Source: Candidatus Delongbacteria bacterium (GTDB lineage: Bacteria > CAIWAD01). Taken from it: 64,000 nucleotides of DNA. The notes under the pieces were generated by a model. It saw only the letters and a program-made list of their open reading frames with translations, did not search any database and had not been told where the DNA came from. Numbering within the stretch: position 1 is the first letter of the stretch; each line of letters starts with the position of its first letter. Location: positions 2,688,001 through 2,752,000 of the forward strand of contig OY760505.1 of assembly GCA_963663545.1 (NCBI GenBank). Reading direction: 5' to 3'. Positions 56,962 to 64,000 of this stretch are shown here, piece after piece. Position numbers and translations under genes: made by a program.

Positions 56962-58662
56962 ATGTTTGAGAAAATCGGCGAAATCCTGATCCGTAAAGGC
57001 TTCCTCAACGAAGAGAAGCTGCAGCAGGCCATCTCTCAGAACATGATGGGCAAGCGCATCGGTCAGGTCCTCCTGGATCTGAACATGATCAAGGAAGACC
57101 AACTGGTCGAAGGTCTTGCAGATCAGCTCGATGTGGAGTGGGTCAATAGCGAAACCATTCTGCTGGCGGAGCAGACCGCTCTGGCAAAGGTCAACGAAGA
57201 CTTTGCCCGGGCCAACAATTTGATCCCTGTGCGTGTCGATGGCAATCAGCTAATCGTGGCCATGGTCGATACCGATGACCTCGGCGCACTGGATGGCTTG
57301 AAGAAGTCCGTGGACATGCCTGTTAAAGCGGTTCTTGGCGGCGAACGTACGATTTCGGAAGCCGTTGACCGCCTCTACACCAAGATTCGTCGCAGCAGCC
57401 AGATCACCGATACCATCAGCAAGATGGACTTTATCTCCGATCCGGATGCAGACGATAAGGACACCGGCCTGGATGTCGGTCAGCAGGACGATACTGATTC
57501 TCCTATCGTTCGTCTGGTTAACCAGATGCTCGAGCAGGCCATTCAGGAGCGTTCCACCGACGTCCACGTTGAGCCGGGTGAAGACAAGATGCGCGTGCGT
57601 TATCGTGTGGATGGTGTGTTGATGGAGGTTATGTCCATCCCCATGTCCAGCCATGCAGGTATTGTCAGCCGTATCAAGATCATTTCAAAGCTCAACATCG
57701 CTGAGCGTCGACTGACCCAGGACGGACGTTTCTCGATCAAGTATGCTGATCGCTTCGTTGATGTCCGCGTCAGTATTTTGCCCACCGTCTTTGGCGAGAA
57801 GGTGGTGATGCGACTCCTCGACAAGTCAGGCTTCATGTTTGACCTGATGAACTTGGGCTTCACCCAGGAAGACCATCATCGCTTTAGCCACTGGATCACA
57901 CAGCCCTACGGGATGGTGATTATTTCTGGTCCTACGGGTTCCGGTAAGTCCACCACCCTGTATGCCAGCTTGAGCGAGATCAAGAGCGTGCAGGACAACA
58001 TCACCACGGTGGAGGATCCTGTTGAGTATCAGGTGGGCGGAATCAGCCAGGTGCAGGTGCGTGAGAAGATCGGCCTAACCTTCGCTGCCGCCCTGCGATC
58101 CATTCTGCGTCAGGACCCGGATACATTGCTGATTGGTGAAATTCGAGACGAAGAGACGGCGGACATCGCCATCAAGTTCGCCCTTACCGGTCACCTTGTG
58201 TTCTCAACCCTGCATGCAAACGATGCACCTTCCACCATCACCCGTTACATCGACCTGGGTGTCCCGCCCTTCCTGGTGGGTTCCTGCTTGAATCTGGTGA
58301 TGGCACAGCGTCTAATTCGTACGATCTGTCCCAACTGCAAAGAAGAGAAAATCTCTACGCCGGAAGACTGGCTGGCCATACACGAGAATCCCGACAAGCA
58401 CACGGGCAAGCCCATCTACTACGGCCGCGGTTGCGCGCATTGCCGCAATTCGGGTCTGCGTGGGCGCCAGGGCATTTTCGAGATTCTGGAAGTCCGTCAG
58501 AACATCCGCAAGATGATCTTCGACAATGCTTCGCAGGAACAGATCCGCGAGGTGGCCCAGAAGCAAGGTATGATCAGTCTTCGCGAGTCCGGTATCAACA
58601 AGGCTCTGCGGGGGATCACCACCTTGGGCGAGGTCAAGCGCGCCACTGTGGAAGACTTCTAG
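56962..58662 (+). CDS. pilB: Type IV pilus extension ATPase
   Basis: MshEN-like N-terminus, STDVHVEP, GPTGSGKSTT, TVEDPVE, LRQDPD, TGHLV.STLH, CPNC...CAHC zinc motif. Confidence 0.93.
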   Translation: MFEKIGEILIRKGFLNEEKLQQAISQNMMGKRIGQVLLDLNMIKEDQLVEGLADQLDVEWVNSETILLAEQTALAKVNEDFARANNLIPVRVDGNQLIVAMVDTDDLGALDGLKKSVDMPVKAVLGGERTISEAVDRLYTKIRRSSQITDTISKMDFISDPDADDKDTGLDVGQQDDTDSPIVRLVNQMLEQAIQERSTDVHVEPGEDKMRVRYRVDGVLMEVMSIPMSSHAGIVSRIKIISKLNIAERRLTQDGRFSIKYADRFVDVRVSILPTVFGEKVVMRLLDKSGFMFDLMNLGFTQEDHHRFSHWITQPYGMVIISGPTGSGKSTTLYASLSEIKSVQDNITTVEDPVEYQVGGISQVQVREKIGLTFAAALRSILRQDPDTLLIGEIRDEETADIAIKFALTGHLVFSTLHANDAPSTITRYIDLGVPPFLVGSCLNLVMAQRLIRTICPNCKEEKISTPEDWLAIHENPDKHTGKPIYYGRGCAHCRNSGLRGRQGIFEILEVRQNIRKMIFDNASQEQIREVAQKQGMISLRESGINKALRGITTLGEVKRATVEDF

Positions 58663-58669
58663 CAGATTC

Positions 58670-58692
58670 GGGGAGCCGCCCTGCGGCTCCCC
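58670..58692 (+). other. Perfect GC-rich hairpin between pilB and pilC
   Basis: GGGGAGCCGC-CCT-GCGGCTCCCC followed by only TT. Confidence 0.6.
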
Positions 58693-58723
58693 TTCACACC
58701 CGTAAAAAGCGGAAGCACTTTCG

Positions 58724-59971
58724 ATGCCGACTTTCAAATACGTTATCCGCAACGCTGCCGGTGAACGCGTCGAGGCCGAACTGAAGGCCAATAACGCGGA
58801 AGCCGCCATCGAGACCCTGCGCAACATGGGAACACTGATTTCCATGACTGAGCGCAAGGGGGATGAGGTTGATCACAAAACTGTGCTCGACAAGGTCAAC
58901 CTGGCACTGGAGCGGGTTAAACAGCACATTCCGTTGAAGACCATGGTCTTCTTCACGCGTCAGTTGGCGACCATGTTTTCTGCCGGTCTGACGCTGGAAA
59001 AGGCGATTGGGAACCTGGCCAAGGAAGAGAGCAACCGCAAATTCAAGCGAACCCTGGAAGGCATCCACACCGAAATCAAGCGCGGTGTGCAGATGTCAGA
59101 TGCCATGTCGCACTACCCGTACCACTTCAACAGCCTCTTTGTCGCGCTGGTGAAAGCGGGTGAGGTCTCCGGTTCGCTGCACACTGTACTACAGGATCTG
59201 GCGAACTATCTGGAATCCTCCGAAGAAACGCGCCAGGAGATCCGGGGAGCCATGTACTACCCGATCTTCATGGTGATCTTCCTTTTCATCGTTGTGCTCA
59301 TCCTGCTGTACTACGTGATTCCTCAGTTCATGGATATTTACGAGCAGTTGGGTGCCACACTGCCGGGACCCACCCTTGCGCTGGTGAATCTGTCCAAGCT
59401 GGTAGCGAACAACATCGTAGCTACCTTGGGCATTACCTTCTTCACTGTGTTCTGTGTCTGGATTCTTTCCCTTACGGATCGCGGTGAGTTGGTTTTCCAC
59501 CAAATGCTGCTCAAGCTGCCCGTTTTCGGCAACCTGGTGCACGATGGTGTGATGAACAAGTATTCCAAGACGCTGGGTATTCTCTTTGGCAGCGGTATTA
59601 CGGTGACCGAAGCTCTGAAGCTGGTTCGCAATGTGGTGGGCAACGCGGTAATTGCGGAAGCCATTACCGATGTGCAGAACATGTTGAAGGAAGGCTATGG
59701 CCTTTCCAACGCCATGCTCAAGACAGAAGTCTTTCCGCCCACGCTGATTCAGCTGACCCAAACGGGTGAGGAAACCGGTGAACTTGACAGCCTGCTGGCC
59801 AAAGCCGCCGACTTCTACCAGAAGCAGGTGGACTCGGTGGTCAGCCGCTTGACCAGCTTGATTGAGCCGATGATGATTATCGCCATTGGTTTGATCATTG
59901 GTACCATCGTAGTCGTTGTGTACCTGCCGGTCTTCGAGTTCAGCCAGGCGATCCAGTCCATGGGCTACTGA
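58724..59971 (+). CDS. pilC: Type IV pilus inner-membrane platform protein
   Basis: FTRQLATM..AGL, AGEVSG.L, AMYYP, GEETGEL, LIEP...YLP.F. Confidence 0.93.
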   Translation: MPTFKYVIRNAAGERVEAELKANNAEAAIETLRNMGTLISMTERKGDEVDHKTVLDKVNLALERVKQHIPLKTMVFFTRQLATMFSAGLTLEKAIGNLAKEESNRKFKRTLEGIHTEIKRGVQMSDAMSHYPYHFNSLFVALVKAGEVSGSLHTVLQDLANYLESSEETRQEIRGAMYYPIFMVIFLFIVVLILLYYVIPQFMDIYEQLGATLPGPTLALVNLSKLVANNIVATLGITFFTVFCVWILSLTDRGELVFHQMLLKLPVFGNLVHDGVMNKYSKTLGILFGSGITVTEALKLVRNVVGNAVIAEAITDVQNMLKEGYGLSNAMLKTEVFPPTLIQLTQTGEETGELDSLLAKAADFYQKQVDSVVSRLTSLIEPMMIIAIGLIIGTIVVVVYLPVFEFSQAIQSMGY

Positions 59972-60008
59972 TCGCCAAGGTCGCCAATACGATCGAAGTT
60001 GATGCACC

Positions 60009-60039
60009 GTGCCCGCTCCTGTAGCGGGCACTGCTTTTT
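60009..60039 (+). terminator. Intrinsic terminator-like hairpin between pilC and pilD
   Basis: GTGCCCGCT-CCTGT-AGCGGGCAC then TGCTTTTT. Confidence 0.6.
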
Positions 60040-60050
60040 CAGAGGCGTTC

Positions 60051-60836
60051 ATGATTGCCTTGACCCCTTACTGGTTGATGCTGCTCTTTGGTCTTGCCTT
60101 GGGCAGTTTCAACAACGTGCTCATCTACCGCATTCCTCGTGGCGCGTCACTTCTGAGGCCCGTTTCCAGTTGCCCGGGTTGCAGCAGGCCGATTCGTCCC
60201 TGGGAAAACGTGCCGCTGTTCTCCTGGCTTTTCTTGCGAGGACGCTGCAGTGGCTGCGGGATGCACATTCCATTTCGCTACCCCTTGGTGGAAGCCCTGA
60301 CCGGCCTGTTGTTCCTGGCCCTGGCGCTGCGTTGGCCGATGCAACCGCAGATGCTCTTCTTTGCTCCGCTGCTTTCTCTGCTGGTTGCCTTGTCCTTCAT
60401 TGATCTTGACACCTTCCTGTTGCCGAATCCACTTGTACTAGCAATGGCCATCTGCGGAGCAGCTGGGCTGACCGTGATACACTTCCTGGGGGGATCGCCA
60501 GCTGTTCCCACCGTGCTGGCGGGACTGCTGGGCGCCTTTGCAGGAGCGAGCAGTCTGCTGCTAACCGATGTTTTCAGCCGCATGGTGTTCCATCGTCGTG
60601 GCATGGGCTTTGGAGATGTGAAGCTGATGGGAGCCGTGGGCTTGTATCTGGGCTGGGAGAAGACCTTACTCAGCTTCCTGCTGGCTTCCTTCGCTGGTGC
60701 ATTTGTCATGCTGCTGCTGCGACGCAGCATCAAGCAGGAAGTGCCTTTTGGACCATGGTTGGCCTTGGGAACGGTGCTGGCCCTTTTCTTCGGCGATGCA
60801 ATCATCCACTGGTACTTGCGACTGGTGCTGGGCTAG
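60051..60836 (+). CDS. pilD: Prepilin peptidase / N-methyltransferase
   Basis: GSF.NVLIYRIP, CPGC...CSGC, FIDLD, GMGFGDVKL, VPFGPWL. Start moved to ATG at 60051. Confidence 0.93.
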   Translation: MIALTPYWLMLLFGLALGSFNNVLIYRIPRGASLLRPVSSCPGCSRPIRPWENVPLFSWLFLRGRCSGCGMHIPFRYPLVEALTGLLFLALALRWPMQPQMLFFAPLLSLLVALSFIDLDTFLLPNPLVLAMAICGAAGLTVIHFLGGSPAVPTVLAGLLGAFAGASSLLLTDVFSRMVFHRRGMGFGDVKLMGAVGLYLGWEKTLLSFLLASFAGAFVMLLLRRSIKQEVPFGPWLALGTVLALFFGDAIIHWYLRLVLG

Positions 60837-60902
60837 CCAACATCTCCGTGATACACAGCAAGTTCACCCGCGTCCTGTTACCTTGTTCCCGGGAGGATTA
60901 TC

Positions 60903-61499
60903 ATGCGTATTCTGATTCCGATCTGTCTGACGGTACTTCTGGGAAATGTCACGCTAGCCAGTACTGCGCTGATGCCGGATCACCAACCTGTAGGCGCGGA
61001 CCGGCCACTGATGGAGGGGGACCGCTTTGAACTCCTACCGGCGCGGCTCTACGAACAACCCGCGTTCGATTCCGTCAGTACTTATCTGCCAAAGTCGCGC
61101 TTGGCCACTCTCTTGGCTGTGAGTAACGATTTCTACTATCTCGATCTTGGTGCGGACAGTTTGTATTACGTCTACCGCTCGGAATTGGGCGTGCAGAACC
61201 TGCGTGATACAGTGCAGAAGGGCGCTGAGCGACATACTGGATCGGCTGCGGCCGGGATTGGCCTTGTTGCCTTCGACACTCCGACTCCGCCCGTCAAGGG
61301 GGAACGGTTGGCGTTGAGCAACTTCCTTTTGTACATCGATGCTGATCTGCTGGCTGAGCACGAGATGGTCAGTGGCCGTGATACAGTGACCATTGAGGCC
61401 GCCGAAAATGCCAATGGCTTTTTGCGGGTTTCAGCGGACGGCGGAGCTCAGGGCTGGCTTTATCGAGGTGAACTCCCCGAGGAACGCCGGCTTTGGTAA
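60903..61499 (+). CDS. Secreted protein with two SH3b-like repeats
   Basis: Signal peptide; two segments ending YVYRSEL and GWLYRGEL; GGAGG RBS. Confidence 0.55.
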   Translation: MRILIPICLTVLLGNVTLASTALMPDHQPVGADRPLMEGDRFELLPARLYEQPAFDSVSTYLPKSRLATLLAVSNDFYYLDLGADSLYYVYRSELGVQNLRDTVQKGAERHTGSAAAGIGLVAFDTPTPPVKGERLALSNFLLYIDADLLAEHEMVSGRDTVTIEAAENANGFLRVSADGGAQGWLYRGELPEERRLW

Positions 61500-61676
61500 C
61501 AGAATGATGGTTTATACTGATAACCGCATTGCGCAGTAAATAAAAAATTTCATTCTTCTTGAGGCACAGCAAGAGCTGTTGTACATTCCTGGGCCCTAAC
61601 CTCTCCCCCCTTGCGCTTTAGCGCAGACGTGATTCGATGATGTTGATCGCCAACGACGGTCAATGGGAGATCCTGA

Positions 61677-62069
61677 ATGCCCTATTGCCTCAGTACATCG
61701 CTGGCCCTCTCTTTTGAAGAGGCCCTGCACAGGACGGCTTCGGTTTTGAAGAATGCCGGCCTGGATGTGATACAAGACCTGGATGTTCAAGCTGTTCTGC
61801 GGGAAAGGATGGATCTAGAGTTTCATCCCTTCCACATACTCACCACTCTTGCCAAATCTCCGGCCTCGACGCCAATGCAGTTACCTTTCAATGTCATGGT
61901 GCGCAAACCAGGTCAAGGTGCGGTGGAGATTGCTTTCATTCCTCCTGCCACGACTGGCGAGATGGAGGAGGACCCGCAATTGCGTGCACGCGCTGGCGAG
62001 CTTGCGCTGAGATTGCATCAGGCGGTCAGCGATCTTGCGAGCGCCACTTCGGCATTGCCGCGCCAATAG
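61677..62069 (+). CDS. DUF302-like protein
   Basis: SFEEAL....L...G..V..DLDVQ..L.E....F.PF.IL...LP.NV.V pattern; GGAG RBS. Confidence 0.6.
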   Translation: MPYCLSTSLALSFEEALHRTASVLKNAGLDVIQDLDVQAVLRERMDLEFHPFHILTTLAKSPASTPMQLPFNVMVRKPGQGAVEIAFIPPATTGEMEEDPQLRARAGELALRLHQAVSDLASATSALPRQ

Positions 62070-62098
62070 CTACTGCGGTCGCTTCCTTACCTTTAGGC

Positions 62099-62617
62099 AT
62101 GAATGAACACCTGATTTTCATGCGCATGGCGCTGCGCGAGGCAGAAGCCGCGGCCGCACAGGGCGAAGTCCCTGTAGGTGCTGTCATTGTACATGACGGT
62201 CACGTTATCGGGCGCGGACGCAATCAGACCGAGGGACTGCGGGACCCGACGGCACATGCCGAGATTCTGGCCATTGGTGCCGCCGCAGACGCACTTGGCT
62301 CTTGGCGGCTTGAGGATTGCCGCATGTATGTCACGCTTGAGCCTTGCCACATGTGCGCGGGTGCCCTTGTGCTGGCGCGAATTCCACACCTGATCTATGG
62401 AGCGGCAGATCCTAAAGCGGGCGCCTGTGGCAGCTTGCGTAACGTGGTGCAGGACGCGCGGCTGAACCATCACGTCGAGATCCTGAGCGGTATCATGGAG
62501 GCAGAGTGCGGCGATCTGCTGCGGCGCTTCTTTCGCACTCTGCGTGAGACAAAGCGCGCGACACGCGATGCGCAGACCGCCAACACAGCTTTATTGGATG
62601 AAGACGAGGAGCTGTGA
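62099..62617 (+). CDS. tadA: tRNA-specific adenosine deaminase
   Basis: GEVPVGAV, DPTAHAE, YVTLEPC.MCAGA, DPKAGA, LNH, FF..LR. Confidence 0.95.
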   Translation: MNEHLIFMRMALREAEAAAAQGEVPVGAVIVHDGHVIGRGRNQTEGLRDPTAHAEILAIGAAADALGSWRLEDCRMYVTLEPCHMCAGALVLARIPHLIYGAADPKAGACGSLRNVVQDARLNHHVEILSGIMEAECGDLLRRFFRTLRETKRATRDAQTANTALLDEDEEL

Positions 62618-62672
62618 TACAAGCCGACTGTTTTGCGCTTCGAGGGAAATCCTTTATCTTGATCGCCTCGAC

Positions 62673-62760
62673 GGAGGAGTGCCGGAGCGGCTGAACGGGA
62701 CGGACTCGAAATCCGTTGTACATCATTGATGTACCGTGGGTTCGAATCCCACCTCCTCCG
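62673..62760 (+). tRNA. tRNA-Ser (anticodon CGA), CCA not encoded
   Basis: Acceptor GGAGGAG/CCTCC, anticodon arm ACGGA-CTCGAAA-TCCGT, long variable arm GTACATC-ATT-GATGTAC, T arm GTGGG-TTCGAAT-CCCAC, discriminator G. Confidence 0.95.
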
Positions 62761-62766
62761 TAAACA

Positions 62767-62796
62767 AAACGAGCCCGTCCATGGACGGGCTCGTTT
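62767..62796. terminator. 30-bp perfect palindrome, probable bidirectional terminator
   Basis: AAACGAGCCCGTCCATGGACGGGCTCGTTT is self-complementary and lies between the tRNA and a convergent ORF. Confidence 0.75.
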
Positions 62797-62813
62797 GCTC
62801 TACCAGCACAAGC

Positions 62814-63191
62814 TCAATGCTGATCCAATTCAAGCCAGCGCCGGGCCGGTCCCACGGCGACATGAACGCTGACCTTGTAGTTCTCGCCACGATTGATGGC
62901 TGCGTACAGTTTCACCAGAGCCGTCGTTATCGGCTCTGCGGCGCAAATCGCCACGCGCGCGCTTTTAATGCTCGAAAGCGGGGATTGGGCACTCACCTGT
63001 AGTCGCTTCATGTCATCTGCAGTGAAGGCAATCTGCGCCTGAGTAAAGTCCGTCAGGCAGCGCAGTCCTTCGCGCAAGGGCTCGTCGCGCACTTTTTCTA
63101 CGTAACCGGTGAAATCCTGAATGCTAACGCTGCCGAGTCCCACGACAAAAAGGAAGTTTCGGCTTGAGTTGTAGCGGTACGAAATGGGCAT
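62814..63191 (-). CDS. Hypothetical protein, STAS/SpoIIAA-like fold suspected
   Basis: GAGGA RBS; G.VS..D, L.DF, RVAI, ARRWL pattern of small STAS/SEC14-like proteins. Confidence 0.6.
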   Translation of the reverse strand: MPISYRYNSSRNFLFVVGLGSVSIQDFTGYVEKVRDEPLREGLRCLTDFTQAQIAFTADDMKRLQVSAQSPLSSIKSARVAICAAEPITTALVKLYAAINRGENYKVSVHVAVGPARRWLELDQH

Positions 63192-63372
63192 GTATTCCTC
63201 GCGTCACTGACAGTGCTCAAGTTTGGTTATACCAGGGTTATCCTCAAGTAGAAAGAGCCCTTGCGTGATGCACGAGCCTCTTTCAACAAGATTTCTGTGA
63301 ACTGAAAGCCAAAGTGGAGCCAACTGAAAGCGCTAACCCTTTCTTTGGTAGTACTGAAGGAAAGGAGATCCC

Positions 63373-64000
63373 ATGCGTTCCATAGACCTTGTTGCCCTTG
63401 GCAGTGCCGCCTTGCTTGGTGTGTGCCTACCTGTTCTTGCTTTGGATACTCCTCAACTTGCCATAGAGGCTGCGGTCAGCGGTGACAGCGTTCAGGTTCA
63501 GTTGAGCTGGAATCCGGTGTCCGGTGCAAGCGCATACAAGCTGTTTGAACGACAAGAGCCAGCAGATCTTCTCGTACTGAGTACTGCACAAACCAGCGCG
63601 AATGTTGCGCTTGCGAACCTGCCCGGTGCGGCTAACAATCTAATGACGCAATACTATGTCGTGGCTCTCGGCGAAGTCGGGCTACCCAACATGATCACGG
63701 TCCCGGCGGGAAGCTTTACGCAGGGGCAATCGGGCCTGGTGGGTTCCGTGCCTGAGCACAGTGTCACCTTGACACGCGGCTTCCAGATGGGAGCTTTTCC
63801 TGTGACCAACGGCGAGTACATTGAAGCGCTACAATGGGCCTGGGACAATCGCGCGACTACGGGAATCAGCGTTAACGAAAGCTACGGTGTTTATGGCTAC
63901 GGCCAACTGCTGTACAATTTCCACTCGGACAGCAATGAGATCTACTGGATCGACTCTAGCTTCGTCGCGGGACCGGCTTTGGACGATGACGCTTTTGATG
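63373..64000 (+). CDS. Partial secreted protein: FN3-like module plus FGE-sulfatase (SUMF1) domain
   Basis: Not in the ORF track. AAAGGAG RBS, signal peptide, MITVPAGSFTQG...PEHSVTLTRGFQMGAFPVTNGEY; open to the window edge. Confidence 0.8.
   Translation, partial: MRSIDLVALGSAALLGVCLPVLALDTPQLAIEAAVSGDSVQVQLSWNPVSGASAYKLFERQEPADLLVLSTAQTSANVALANLPGAANNLMTQYYVVALGEVGLPNMITVPAGSFTQGQSGLVGSVPEHSVTLTRGFQMGAFPVTNGEYIEALQWAWDNRATTGISVNESYGVYGYGQLLYNFHSDSNEIYWIDSSFVAGPALDDDAFD

Noticed and set aside
47230..60052. Long antisense ORFs in the pilus locus (47230-48150, 50348-51334, 52924-53835, 59189-60052)
   Set aside because: Reverse-frame shadows of GC-rich, strongly biased genes; no recognisable domains.
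62761..64000. Genomic island or prophage integrated at tRNA-Ser
   Set aside because: No integrase, att duplication or phage gene within the window.
1..64000. CRISPR array, IS elements, rRNA, ops/JUMPstart element
   Set aside because: No regularly spaced repeats, transposase motifs, rRNA-like stretch or convincing ops sequence found by inspection; short or degenerate elements could have been missed.

Overview
Gene-dense bacterial window, probably from a diderm FCB-group-like lineage (inferred from PorU/PorV-like and CTD-bearing proteins). It has four parts. (1) About 1-38 kb is a mosaic Wzx/Wzy-type surface polysaccharide locus that switches strand five times. It holds an MBOAT/SGNH pair, nucleotide-sugar enzymes, Wza/Wzc-like export with a probable BY pseudokinase, an ExeA-like ATPase with LysM, six glycosyltransferases, a heparinase II/III protein, two glutaminase-less asparagine-synthetase-like proteins, a large CotH-family protein and a PglF/DegT/PIG-L/PglC-like amino-sugar module. 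(2) 38.3-44.3 kb is a gingipain-family (C25, PorU-like) protein coupled to a PorV-like beta-barrel. (3) 44.8-60.8 kb is a single-locus type IV pilus system with an unusually large PilX-like protein and a 995-aa Ig-repeat lipoprotein between pilQ and pilB. (4) The end carries a tandem SH3b-like protein, a DUF302-like protein, tadA, tRNA-Ser(CGA) and a truncated FGE-sulfatase-domain protein. The most interesting hypothesis is a linked system of amino-glycan synthesis, a PorU/PorV sortase-like pair and a pilus/secretion machine that anchors proteins to a surface glycan. All calls come from motif recognition by eye; no searches were run. No CRISPR array, rRNA or mobile element was seen.
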